NCBI GenBank assembly: GCA_964452145.1
Contig: CAYVLA010000003.1
Location: 1-64,000 of the forward strand
DNA length: 64,000 nt
Reading direction: 5' to 3'
From: Candidatus Hadarchaeota archaeon
Lineage (GTDB): Archaea; CAYQAE01; CAYVLA01
The position numbers were made by a program, and so were the translations under genes. The number at the start of each line of letters is the position of its first letter. Position 1 is the first letter of the stretch. This document shows, in pieces, positions 48,379-58,066 of the stretch. The notes below the pieces were generated by a model. It ran no database searches, had not been told where the DNA came from, and saw only the letters and a program-made list of their open reading frames with translations.

Positions 48379-49656
48379 CTAGCCTCCTAGGTACTCCTTC
48401 AGATCTATCTTCAGGGGCAGATCGGGTCTCCTGAATTCCTTCGGGTCTCGATCTCCCGGGATCGTCAGATCAAACCCCATCTTGGTCGTCATCCGTGTCT
48501 CCAGATCGGACGAGGGATCTAGGGAGGATCCTTTCTCCCGCCTCATCACAGTGTCCCGATCTCCCTGGTACCTCGTGGCCATCGCCCACTCTATCTCCTC
48601 GGGTTTGTGGATGTCGATGTCGTCGTCCAGAACGAAGACATGCTTCATGGACTTGTGGCCCTGGAACGCCGCCTCGATCGCCTTTCTCCCATCGTCGGCT
48701 GACTTCTTCCGAATGCTGATGGCCCCATGTAGCCATGAACATCCGCCCGGCGTCACCAGGACATCTTTCACATCGCAGACCTTGGCCACCTCCCGGTATA
48801 TGCTGGGCTCTCGAGGCATGCCCATCAGAACCTTGTGCTCCAGCCCTCCGGGGAGCAGGCCGTGGAAGATCGAATCCGGTCGGGCAAAGATCCTCTTGAC
48901 CCGGGCCACCCTTTGCTTCCTCACTATATCCGGTGTCTCCGTCAGATCCAGGAAGGGCCCCTCGTCGTGCATCTCTCCGGTCAGCTCCATTATCATGACG
49001 ATCTCCGACTGGGGAACCACATGCCCCCCGAGTTCGATCACCTGTGTCTCGTGAAGAGCATTGGAGATCGCCAACTCATGCACTCCCGTCGCCTCCGAGA
49101 TGGCCGCTCCAATCAGGACCGGTATCGAGTTTCCGATGCAGAAAGCGAACTCCTTCAATCCCCTCTCGATGTACTTGTCGAAATCGCGAGGCAGGATCCT
49201 GTAGACGAACCTGTCCTTTCCCAGGACCATGCCCCTGTGATAGGAAGCGTTGATGCCGTATTCGGGGTCCTTGGCTATCACAACTCCCGAGGCTACATAT
49301 GGGCCGCCGTCGAACGGGTAATAGGTGAGTATGGGTATCCGGCCGAGGTCGGGCTTCATCTCCATGTAGCCCTTCGCCTGGACAACATCGGGTTCTTTGG
49401 GGTGCTCTATCGCGGCCATCATGGTTCTCAGGACCTGATCCACCCTGACCCCAAGCCCGAGTGCCACCAGCTCCCTCGTCGAACATATGTTCGCCACGAC
49501 CTGCATGCTGTGGCTTTCAACCTTCTCAAAGAGCAGGGGAGTGCCGTCCATCATCTTCATTATCGTCGGTATCTCGTACTTGGGGCTCGCAGGCTTCCTC
49601 ACCCTCACGAGCAGCCCCTTTTCGTCCAACAAGCCAACGAACTCTCTGAGGTTCAT
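48379..49656 (-). CDS. UbiD-family decarboxylase (probable trans-anhydromevalonate phosphate decarboxylase)
   Basis: DGGPY, NASYHR, EGPF, EHKVLMG, GCSWLH, GSSLDPS; pathway context. Confidence 0.9.
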   Translation of the reverse strand: MNLREFVGLLDEKGLLVRVRKPASPKYEIPTIMKMMDGTPLLFEKVESHSMQVVANICSTRELVALGLGVRVDQVLRTMMAAIEHPKEPDVVQAKGYMEMKPDLGRIPILTYYPFDGGPYVASGVVIAKDPEYGINASYHRGMVLGKDRFVYRILPRDFDKYIERGLKEFAFCIGNSIPVLIGAAISEATGVHELAISNALHETQVIELGGHVVPQSEIVMIMELTGEMHDEGPFLDLTETPDIVRKQRVARVKRIFARPDSIFHGLLPGGLEHKVLMGMPREPSIYREVAKVCDVKDVLVTPGGCSWLHGAISIRKKSADDGRKAIEAAFQGHKSMKHVFVLDDDIDIHKPEEIEWAMATRYQGDRDTVMRREKGSSLDPSSDLETRMTTKMGFDLTIPGDRDPKEFRRPDLPLKIDLKEYLGG

Positions 49657-49748
49657 TCCATTCCTCCGTGTCCTGCCGTCAATCGGTGCCGGCTCGAAAT
49701 ATATTTGTATCGGCATTTGTCGTGTTCATCATCGTCAACTGACGAATC

Positions 49749-50729
49749 TCACACGCCTACCGAGGTCCTCAAAGCCTCGTAGCCGCATTCCTCCATGCCC
49801 CTGGCGACCTCCTCCTGCAGCTTCTTGCCCGGCGTCAAAGCCACCATATAACCCCCCAGGCCTCCGCCCGTCATCTTCGCACCCCAGGCTCCGTGTTTTC
49901 TTGCCAACGAGACCAGCTCATCCAGCTTGGGATGCGACACCTCGATCTCCTGCAGTAGCCGGTGGTTCTGATCCATGAGTCTGCCGAGCGCCCTGAGGTC
50001 GCCGGCCTTCAGAGATGCCGTGGCCTTCTCCACCAGAACTCTGGATTCGTCGAATATCCTGGAATACTTGACAGGATCCCTATCCTTTCTCTCCCGGACC
50101 CCGGCCACCGCAGCCTTCGTGTCAGCCGTCACCCCGGTGTTACCCATTACTATCTCCACCGGCTTCTCCATCCGAATGCGATCAATCTTGTTGCTCCCGT
50201 CCGGGCATTTCTGAAATCGGAGGAGCCCGCCGTAGGTCGAAGCCGTATTGTCTATTCCCGAAGGGGTCCCGGCGTAGGCCTTCTCCCCCTCGAAGGCTAT
50301 CTCGTTTACCCGCCCGTCATCGAAACCGAGTCCAAACTCCTCGTTCAACGCTCTGGCGATCGAGACGCATACCGCTGCGCTGGCACCAACTCCCCCCACC
50401 GCCTTGAGGTCTCCAGCCAAGGTTATTCTGACAGGGTTTCGGACCGGGTCGAAGCCCGCTGCCCTAAGGACCCGCAGAACCGACTCCTTCTGTTGGTCGT
50501 ACTTCTCGGTTTTGTAGCCCGGGTTGGCAGGTCTGTTATCTTCCAGAACCCAGCCATCCCCGGCCATCGAGCCCTCCCTTCCGGACGCAACCAGCAATCC
50601 TGGGTCGGCCACCCTCTCCACGATTGCCTCGGTCTTGGAGTCGATCGCCGAAGCTATCGCCGGAATGCCGTAAACAACGAAGTGTTCGTTGTAGAGTATG
50701 ACCTTCCCGTAGCCACTACCGATTCCCAC
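49749..50729 (-). CDS. mvk: Mevalonate kinase
   Basis: GKVILYNEHFVVYG, GVGASAA, PSGIDN, AKMTGGGLGG. Confidence 0.94.
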   Translation of the reverse strand: MGIGSGYGKVILYNEHFVVYGIPAIASAIDSKTEAIVERVADPGLLVASGREGSMAGDGWVLEDNRPANPGYKTEKYDQQKESVLRVLRAAGFDPVRNPVRITLAGDLKAVGGVGASAAVCVSIARALNEEFGLGFDDGRVNEIAFEGEKAYAGTPSGIDNTASTYGGLLRFQKCPDGSNKIDRIRMEKPVEIVMGNTGVTADTKAAVAGVRERKDRDPVKYSRIFDESRVLVEKATASLKAGDLRALGRLMDQNHRLLQEIEVSHPKLDELVSLARKHGAWGAKMTGGGLGGYMVALTPGKKLQEEVARGMEECGYEALRTSVGV

Positions 50730-50911
50730 GCCACCATCTCCTAGGCATCTTCACCGAGTCTCTAGGCCCCTGTTTATTACTGTCGGGGTCGGCCGACCCG
50801 GAGCATTCAGTCGGGGGGTTAGGCGTGAAGCACGTCAAATTATTATGGTTGACCAACAACCACGGGCCAGCACCCACCTCGAAGCCCGACCGCGCCCTCT
50901 GGTGGTAGTAC

Positions 50912-51733
50912 ATGCCCAGATTCGTCCTCAAGATAGGCGGCTCCTTCATCACCGAGAAATCCTCAAGTGACCTGTTCCCCGCGACCCTGGAGGGAATCAA
51001 GGCGGAGAGGGATCGCTTCGTAAGGATGGATCGACTCAGATCCATTGCGGGCGAGATCGCGCATGCGTTCAAGACCTGCCAGATCGTGTTGGTCCATGGC
51101 GCCGGCCCGTTTGGCCACGCCCTTGTGCAAAGAAGCCTTTCAGGTGCCCGCGTGGATCCTTTGGATATACACAGATCCATGCTGGTCCTGAACTCGGTCG
51201 TAAGAGATGCCCTTCGCGAGGCTGGCGTCCCCTCGACAACCTCGAGCCCTTTCGACCTTGTGACCCATGATGGCCGCTTCCATGCCGAGCGCCTCATCTC
51301 GGCGATGGCGCGGGATGCCGAAAGGGGACTCATGCCGACGTGCCACGGGGATCTGGTCCCGACAACCACCGGGGGTCTCCTGGGCCCGTACGAGGTCATC
51401 TCGGGCGATGTCCTGGCGAGCGACCTTGCGCTCGGCTGGTCAGCGGACAAGATCGTCATGGTGACCGACACGGACGGCATCCTGGATCGGGACCCAGCCC
51501 AAGGCGGCGGAAAGAGGATACCCAGAATCGGTGAGAAGGCGTGCGTTGAACTCCTCAGAGGGAGGGGAAGGAAAGGGGCGGATGTCACCGGCGGAATAGC
51601 CAGCAAGATCGCAGCCTGCCACCGGCCCCTATCCCATGGCATCCCTGTCCACGTGATCTCCGGCGAGAACAGAGGTGACCTGCTCGCCGCCGTGGCAGGC
51701 TTGGATGTGGGCACCATCATCGAAGCCCGGTGA
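50912..51733 (+). CDS. Isopentenyl phosphate kinase
   Basis: LKIGGSFITEK, VHGAGPFGH, ISGD, DVTGGI..K. Confidence 0.92.
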   Translation: MPRFVLKIGGSFITEKSSSDLFPATLEGIKAERDRFVRMDRLRSIAGEIAHAFKTCQIVLVHGAGPFGHALVQRSLSGARVDPLDIHRSMLVLNSVVRDALREAGVPSTTSSPFDLVTHDGRFHAERLISAMARDAERGLMPTCHGDLVPTTTGGLLGPYEVISGDVLASDLALGWSADKIVMVTDTDGILDRDPAQGGGKRIPRIGEKACVELLRGRGRKGADVTGGIASKIAACHRPLSHGIPVHVISGENRGDLLAAVAGLDVGTIIEAR

Positions 51734-53337
51734 CTCTTGGCTTGACGGACAAGTACATCGAGCATCCCCTGATCAAGGAAAGGACCGTGGAGGCGAGGCT
51801 ATATCAGCAACTCGTCTACGCCAAGGCCGTCAAGGCCAACACGCTCTTCGTCGCTCCCACCGCCCTCGGCAAGACCGTCCTCTGCGTCATGGTGGCAGCA
51901 CACCGGTTGCAGAGGGAGGGTGGAAGAATCATGGTTCTTGCACCCACCCGTCCACTGGTGCTGCAGCATGCCGGATCCTTCAGGAGATTCCTCGCCCTTC
52001 CGGAGGAATCAATCCTCGATTTCAGCGGAATGGTGTGTCCGGAGGAGAGGGAAGGACGTTGGCCCCTCGCCACGATTGCCATCGCCACGCCTCAGGTTGT
52101 CGAGAACGACCTGAGCTCGGGTCGGCTGCAGATGGGTCCCTATACCTTGGTGGTGTTCGATGAAGCCCATCGATCCGTTGGCAGCTATGCCTACGTGCCC
52201 ATAGCCAGGGCTTATAGGGAATCCAACCCGAAAGGCCTGATCCTCGGCTTGACCGCCTCCCCGGGCAACAGCGAGGATGTCGTTCGAGAGGTCTGCGAGA
52301 ACCTGGGCGTGGTCAATATCGAAGTCAGGGGCGATGATGACCCAGACGTGAGGCCCTACATAAACCCCGTGGAAATGGATTGGCGCATGTTGCCCATCCC
52401 GAAGGCGCTGCGGGAAGCCGCAGCTCCAATGCAGGACTACCTGGATACCCGCTTCCGGGATCTCCAGAATGCCGGGCTGATCCGCTCCCAACACCCGACG
52501 CGAAGGGACATTATCGAGGCGGGCAGGATACTGAGCATCGGCCCGGAGAGGTTCTCTGAGCGATTCGGTAAACCCCCCTATCTCTTCTACAAGTGCCTCA
52601 TGGACTACGCAACCGGACTCAAGGCCGAGCACGCTTTGGAGGTCCTCGAAACTCAGGGCGTGTCTCAGACCCTGACCTATCTGGAGCGCATGTCCCAGGG
52701 GTCGGGCGTGACGGGCTCGCCTCGTTCAACCCGGGCCTTCGTCCGGGATTCGCAAGTCGGACAGTTCGTCTCCTGCCTTAGGCGGTTAGCGGATGCCGGG
52801 ATCGAACACCCCAAGATTGCCCAGGTGCAGGAGATCGTCTCAGAGGAGTTGTCGCGCAATCCCCAGAGCCGGGTCATCATCTTCACGAACTTCAGGGATA
52901 CGGTCGACCTCATCGTCGAGCGCCTATCCCAGCGACCTGGTATGAAGGTGACGGGCTTCGTTGGGCAGTCCTCCAGAAGGTCGAGAGGCCTCACGCAGCG
53001 GGAACAGGGAGCCATCTTAGACCTCTTCAGAAGAGGAGGGTACAACATCCTGGTTGCCACCTCCGTCGCAGAGGAGGGACTCGACATCGCCGAGGTCCAG
53101 ATGGTGGTCTTCTACGATTGCACGGCAAGCGCCATTCGCAACATTCAGAGAAGAGGGCGAACCGGCAGAAGGGGAGCCGGAAAGGTCGTCGTCCTCATAG
53201 CGGAGGCGACCAGGGAGGAGGCTTACCACTGGGCCGGGCAGTCAAGGGAAAGGCGGATGCGGAGTTACCTCAGGAATCTGGATACGGATCTGAAGAAGCG
53301 ACAGCTCAAACTCGACGGTTTCGTCCGGGGAGCCTAG
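51730..53337 (+). CDS. Hef/FANCM-like SF2 helicase without nuclease domain
   Basis: ARLYQ, PTALGKT, DEAH, TASPG, EEGLDI, QRRGRTGR; C-terminal QLKLDGF PIP-like motif. Confidence 0.92.
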   Translation: MTLGLTDKYIEHPLIKERTVEARLYQQLVYAKAVKANTLFVAPTALGKTVLCVMVAAHRLQREGGRIMVLAPTRPLVLQHAGSFRRFLALPEESILDFSGMVCPEEREGRWPLATIAIATPQVVENDLSSGRLQMGPYTLVVFDEAHRSVGSYAYVPIARAYRESNPKGLILGLTASPGNSEDVVREVCENLGVVNIEVRGDDDPDVRPYINPVEMDWRMLPIPKALREAAAPMQDYLDTRFRDLQNAGLIRSQHPTRRDIIEAGRILSIGPERFSERFGKPPYLFYKCLMDYATGLKAEHALEVLETQGVSQTLTYLERMSQGSGVTGSPRSTRAFVRDSQVGQFVSCLRRLADAGIEHPKIAQVQEIVSEELSRNPQSRVIIFTNFRDTVDLIVERLSQRPGMKVTGFVGQSSRRSRGLTQREQGAILDLFRRGGYNILVATSVAEEGLDIAEVQMVVFYDCTASAIRNIQRRGRTGRRGAGKVVVLIAEATREEAYHWAGQSRERRMRSYLRNLDTDLKKRQLKLDGFVRGA

Positions 53338-53660
53338 GCCTTTCTTCGAAATTCCCTCTTCCGCAGGATTCGGAGGAGGACGCACTTGAGCTTGTAGTTG
53401 TCGGCGCACTCCTTGTGCTTCATCTCGAACTCGACCGCGGCGAGGATGTCTTCGGTCTTACCCTTGATACCCTTGGCGAACATGCCCATGCTGGCCCTGC
53501 TGTACAGATCGGCCGACTCGCGGTACAGCTCGGCGGCTTTCTTCAAAAGCGAGACCCTGAGCTGATGATCGCCTCTCTCCTGGTAGGCCTTGATGAGGCA
53601 CATATCGGCCTGACCCTCCAACCATGACGCTTTTCTCACGCTGTCGGCTTCAAATCGCAA
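53334..53660 (-). CDS. Hypothetical helical protein
   Basis: 108-aa ORF convergent with the helicase; GGTG before TTG start. Confidence 0.5.
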   Translation of the reverse strand: MRFEADSVRKASWLEGQADMCLIKAYQERGDHQLRVSLLKKAAELYRESADLYSRASMGMFAKGIKGKTEDILAAVEFEMKHKECADNYKLKCVLLRILRKREFRRKA

Positions 53661-53841
53661 CGGAGCACCGGGATGGCGTTGAGACCCCCCAGATTATAAA
53701 TCTTATTCGATGTAAGGTAATCAAAGAAAGTCTACCGAACAATTTGGCTGCACAAAAATGAACATCCAAGTGTATTCTATCAATACTTTTGGCTGGTTTC
53801 AGCACCAAAAAGCATCTGCGGCCCTGAAGGAAGGCCACCTG

Positions 53842-54684
53842 CTAGCCGGCGAGCCTCAGGGCCAGATCCAGGGACCTAACCGAGTGCGTCAAGGCACCGA
53901 CGGAGATCACGTCCACGCCGAGGCCGGCGATCTGGGAAACGTTCTCCAAGGAGATGCTTCCCGAGGCCTCCAGAAGAACGGCATGCCTAAGCCCCTGCGT
54001 CTCAAGCGCCTTGATCGTCCCGCTCATCTCGCCAATGGACATGTTATCCAGCATTATGATGTCCGCACCTGCCTTGGCGCAGCTGAGGGCATCCTGGATG
54101 GTCCCGACCTCGACTTCCACTTTTCGTGTGAAGCTGCCCTTGGCCTTGGCCCTCCGGACGCACTCCCCAGCATCCCCCACCTCTGCGACATGGTTGCTCT
54201 TTATCAGTATCAGATCGTGCAACGCCATTCTGTGGGCATCGCCTCCGCCCATCTCTACCGCTCTCTTGTCCAGCCATCTGAGCCCGGGGGCCGTTTTCCT
54301 CGTTGCAGCAATCACCACCCTGGCATTGCCCCTCCTCGCCGCCTCGACATATCGGGCGGTTTCAGTTGCTATCCCGCTCATTCTTGCCATCATGTTTAGG
54401 AGAGTCCTCTCCACCATCAGAATGCGCTGGTTCAGGCCCTTCATTCTGAGGATCGTTCCGGGGGGCATCCTGCTTCCATCCTTGACGGACTCCAACACCC
54501 GGATGCCGACGAGATCCAGCAATTCTACTGCCTCTCTGATGCCTGCAATAACACCGCCCTCCCTGGAAACGACCGCGGCCTCCACCTCCCGAGGCTCGAC
54601 CAGCAGTTCCGTCGTCACGTCTCCGAAGACGAGATCCTCCTCCAAGAATGCCTTCAACCGATCCCTAATCACAAAATCCGTCAA
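53842..54684 (-). CDS. nadC: Quinolinate phosphoribosyltransferase
   Basis: EDL..GDVT, SGIAT, TRKT, HRMALHD, EVEV, IMLDN, ISVGALTHS. Confidence 0.97.
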   Translation of the reverse strand: MTDFVIRDRLKAFLEEDLVFGDVTTELLVEPREVEAAVVSREGGVIAGIREAVELLDLVGIRVLESVKDGSRMPPGTILRMKGLNQRILMVERTLLNMMARMSGIATETARYVEAARRGNARVVIAATRKTAPGLRWLDKRAVEMGGGDAHRMALHDLILIKSNHVAEVGDAGECVRRAKAKGSFTRKVEVEVGTIQDALSCAKAGADIIMLDNMSIGEMSGTIKALETQGLRHAVLLEASGSISLENVSQIAGLGVDVISVGALTHSVRSLDLALRLAG

Positions 54685-54688
54685 CCGA

Positions 54689-55624
54689 TCACCCGCCGCT
54701 CACTTCCAGCATACGCTTGGTCGCCCTTCGCACCTCTCTGGCCACATCGGGGGCCACGGCAACCTCATAGGCGTCGTTCTCCAAGCTCTCTGCAACCCTC
54801 TTCAGGGTCACCTCCTGCATCCCCCTACAATGCGCCGTGTCCAGAATGGGGTAGAACCGCTTGGATGGAAACTTGTAGCCGAGGGTCTGGGCCATGGTGG
54901 TTTCGGTGCCCACGACGAATTCCTCTTTTCCGGATTTCCTCGCCTCCTCCACCATGCCTCCAGTGCTCAGGACGCTGTCCGCAAGATCTACGACATCCGG
55001 ATCGCACTCCGGATGGACCATTACTTCGGCCGTGGGATGAGCCTGTCTAGCTTTCAGCACGTGATCGGGTCGGATCATCTTGTGAACGTAGCAGCATCCG
55101 TCGGCCGGAAGATGGACGATTCTCTTGCCTGGCACTTTTCTGGCAACGTAGAGCCCAAGATTCCTGTCGGGTCCGAAGAGGATCTCTCTCTCCTCCAGTG
55201 CGGACACGATCCGCACGGCGTTCGCCGAGGTACAGAGGATGTCGGCCTCGGCCTTCGCCTCGGCCAACGAGTTCACGTAGAGGACCACTGCCGCACCCGG
55301 GTATTCCCGCCTAGCCCGCCTCACCGACTCCGCCCCCAGCATCGCCGCCATCTCGCACACGGCGTTGCGGGATGGAACAAGCACCTTCTTCCCCGGGTTC
55401 AGCACCGCAGCACTCTCCGCCATGAAATCCACGCCGCAGAAAACGATCTCCTCAAAGTCCTCCGCACGCGCGGCAGCCATGCAGAGCTCCAGAGAATCGC
55501 CGACGTGGTCGCTGACCTTCTGGACTTCGATCCGCTGGTAGTTATGACATAGGATGAGGGCCTTCTTGTCAGCCTTCAGTTCTAGGATCCGCCGCTTGAT
55601 CTGCAGTTCCTCCGTCATCCGCAA
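54689..55624 (-). CDS. nadA: Quinolinate synthase
   Basis: HNYQ, GDSL, CGVDFMAESA, YVNS, CTSANA, HPEC. Confidence 0.97.
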   Translation of the reverse strand: MRMTEELQIKRRILELKADKKALILCHNYQRIEVQKVSDHVGDSLELCMAAARAEDFEEIVFCGVDFMAESAAVLNPGKKVLVPSRNAVCEMAAMLGAESVRRARREYPGAAVVLYVNSLAEAKAEADILCTSANAVRIVSALEEREILFGPDRNLGLYVARKVPGKRIVHLPADGCCYVHKMIRPDHVLKARQAHPTAEVMVHPECDPDVVDLADSVLSTGGMVEEARKSGKEEFVVGTETTMAQTLGYKFPSKRFYPILDTAHCRGMQEVTLKRVAESLENDAYEVAVAPDVAREVRRATKRMLEVSGG

Positions 55625-55629
55625 TCGAC

Positions 55630-56418
55630 CTAGGTACCGATGACGAGGCAGTCCTGCATCCCCCGGATGCTACGGATAACCGAAAGGGCCGCCAGATAGC
55701 TCGTTCTGGGGTTGTCAGGCGAGGGGACGTTTGAGACCATGAACCTTGCATGCCCGAAGTCCCCCCGAATCCTGACTTCGTGGACGTTGGCGTGGACCTT
55801 CGGGTCGGCGACTATCTTCACCTTCACGTCGCACCCGGAGGCCAGTGCCAGCGATGCGGCGACGTTGATGTTCTCTGGAAAGAGCTTCACGGCCTCGCTA
55901 GCATCGCCACGAAAGATCACCTTCCGCCGGGCCCCCGCCCCGGCCCCCGGTAGGCTTCTTGGGTTCTTCGTGGTGGTAAGACTCACGGACTCCACGCCCT
56001 TCATCGCGCAAGCCTTGAGCAAATCCAGGCCCCCGATTGCTCCGGAAGGGACGATGATCCTTCTTCCATGCGATGTGGCTGACTCTACAAGCCTGCTTCT
56101 CAGCGACCCATCCAGAAACGCCCCAACGCTCAGAACGACTAGATCCTTGCCTTTTTGGAGGATCCTCTCGCCGTATTGGCGTACGGCTTCGATCGACGCG
56201 GCTTCGACGACAACCTGGATCGGAGAATCGAGAAACTCCTCAAAGTCCCGCTTGGATAGCTCGGCCCTGCCAAGGACTTGGGCAAGGGCGCGCGATCTCG
56301 CTGGAAGAGAGTCAAACAGCGCTCCTATCTCTACGGCAAGCTCTCCGTCCTTGGTTGCCCTTGCGATGATTCCACCTATATTGCCACAGCCAAGCAATCC
56401 GATGATCGTTGACGTCAC
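55630..56418 (-). CDS. nadX: Aspartate dehydrogenase
   Basis: GCGNIG, VEAAS, SVGAF, SGAIGGLD, FPENINVA, NPRTSYLA. Confidence 0.95.
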   Translation of the reverse strand: MTSTIIGLLGCGNIGGIIARATKDGELAVEIGALFDSLPARSRALAQVLGRAELSKRDFEEFLDSPIQVVVEAASIEAVRQYGERILQKGKDLVVLSVGAFLDGSLRSRLVESATSHGRRIIVPSGAIGGLDLLKACAMKGVESVSLTTTKNPRSLPGAGAGARRKVIFRGDASEAVKLFPENINVAASLALASGCDVKVKIVADPKVHANVHEVRIRGDFGHARFMVSNVPSPDNPRTSYLAALSVIRSIRGMQDCLVIGT

Positions 56419-56462
56419 TTCCGGGAATGCTTCACTAACCGGAACGCGGCTATTAAGTGTCT

Positions 56463-56894
56463 TCAGCCAGCTTCAACCTGGGCCGAGGTTCCCGCTGTCC
56501 TGACCTCAGCCTCAATGATGCGTTCCAGAAGCGCGAGAAGGTCGGAAAGGGCCTCCACGTTCAGCATGACGCTGACCGTTTCGCCCTCGCCCTCAAGCCG
56601 CTTGGCGTACTCCCCTATCTTGCCGAGAACAGCCCGCCTTGCATCGGCGAGGGCCGAAGATGCATCCACGGCGCCCGGTGTCGGCAGCTTGGGGATCGAA
56701 GCCTTCGGCTGGACCTGTTTTGGTTCCTTGGCGGGGACCTCCCTCCCAGGTGTGGACGCTCCTTCCTCCCATCCGCACCTGGGGCAGAAGGTCCTGCCCT
56801 GAAACTGGAAAAGTGGAGCGTTGCACTCGGGGCAGCTTCTGTTCAACATCTTGCCGCCCTTGAGGAGCAGATCGGCCATGTCCTTGATATCCAT
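56463..56894 (-). CDS. UPF0148 / autoantigen p27 zinc-ribbon protein
   Basis: MADLLLKGGKMLNRSCPECNAPLF...CPRC. Confidence 0.9.
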   Translation of the reverse strand: MDIKDMADLLLKGGKMLNRSCPECNAPLFQFQGRTFCPRCGWEEGASTPGREVPAKEPKQVQPKASIPKLPTPGAVDASSALADARRAVLGKIGEYAKRLEGEGETVSVMLNVEALSDLLALLERIIEAEVRTAGTSAQVEAG

Positions 56895-56957
56895 TCGACC
56901 GCCCGAAAAGAGATAAATAGACCCCAGCTTAAAGGTTTATTCAGGAGGGGTCATTGG

Positions 56958-57215
56958 ATGGATGTTGAGGAGAAGATTAATGCCGTCTCTCGCGTTCTTG
57001 AGCAGATCACTGAGGATACCTCGGTACCCCGAAACATAAGGAGGGCCGCGAAGGAAGCTGCTGACTGGCTTCAGGACAGGAAGCACACGCCGGGGGTCAG
57101 GGCCAGCTCGGCGGTGAATATCTTGGACGAGATCAGTGAAGACCCCAACATGCCAGTTCACACCAGAACCATGATCTGGAGCATAGTCAGCGAGTTGGAA
57201 GTCATCCAAGACTGA
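56958..57215 (+). CDS. UPF0147 family protein
   Basis: DTSVPRNIRRAA, DPNMPVHTRTMIW; GGAGG upstream. Confidence 0.93.
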   Translation: MDVEEKINAVSRVLEQITEDTSVPRNIRRAAKEAADWLQDRKHTPGVRASSAVNILDEISEDPNMPVHTRTMIWSIVSELEVIQD

Positions 57216-57263
57216 CAGGCGTGAAGCCGGGCAGAGGGCCCGCCCACGCAGGCCCCGAGATAG

Positions 57264-57347
57264 CTAGTAGACCACATACTGGAGGATGTACCAGATCATG
57301 GCCAAGACAAGAACCCAGTATGCGATGCTGAAGTAGAGAAACCTCAA
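57264..57347 (-). CDS. Small single-TM peptide (27 aa)
   Basis: MRFLYFSIAYWVLVLAMIWYILQYVVY*; AGGTG upstream of TTG; TATA-like GAAAATATTTTTAAG further upstream. Confidence 0.55.
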   Translation of the reverse strand: MRFLYFSIAYWVLVLAMIWYILQYVVY

Positions 57348-57433
57348 CCGGATTGCACCTAGCGGTCCCACCCTCCTACCACTTAAAAATATTTTCAAGC
57401 GGGAAGCGGCCGATGCCGCTCAAAAGAGGGCGA

Positions 57434-58051
57434 TCAGGACTGATCGGGCCCATCGGGTGCTGGTGGACTCTTATTTTTGATGATGGAATAATTCTGGACG
57501 TTCTTTCCGTCATCCACGGCATCAAGAATGAGATCTGACAGATAGAAGAGGGCGGGGTGCAGCTTGTACTCCACTTCATCGTGTCTTCTGGCATCCTCCA
57601 GAACGACCACCGGACACCGTTGCGAGACGATCCTCAAAGAAGGGTAGACCGACTCCCACAGCTTCCTCTTCGCCCTATATCGCTCAGGGGGATCGAACTC
57701 CGCGACAAGGGAACTCGCCCTGTTCAGGAGTATCATGCCTAGGTCGGGTATCGAAGCGGCAGCCTTCAGATCGGCCTTGAGGGCTTCCGCATCCTCGGGA
57801 TGGCTCACCAGCACCCTCGCAGCCTCCTCCTTGGATAGCAGGGGCCTTTCGCGCTCAAGGGCCACGGTACGATCGCAATCCAGTACGAGGCATTTCAGGC
57901 CGTCTCTTGCCCTCTCGATACAAAGCCCTATGCCCAGCCCAACATTGGCCCGCGGATGATAGCCGAGAAACAGACAGATACCCTGCCCCGAGATGAGGCC
58001 CGCGGCCTCGCAGCGGGAGAGGATGCGATCCTCCGCGGTCGACTCAGCCAC
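57434..58051 (-). CDS. Divergent RecA/RadB-like fold protein, Walker A apparently degenerate
   Basis: CLFLG, KCLVLDCD, MILLN.ASSL, PVVVLE, LSDLIL strand pattern; GTG start just downstream of tRNA-Gln. Confidence 0.5.
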   Translation of the reverse strand: MAESTAEDRILSRCEAAGLISGQGICLFLGYHPRANVGLGIGLCIERARDGLKCLVLDCDRTVALERERPLLSKEEAARVLVSHPEDAEALKADLKAAASIPDLGMILLNRASSLVAEFDPPERYRAKRKLWESVYPSLRIVSQRCPVVVLEDARRHDEVEYKLHPALFYLSDLILDAVDDGKNVQNYSIIKNKSPPAPDGPDQS

Positions 58052-58066
58052 TCCCCTGGAGGAGGA

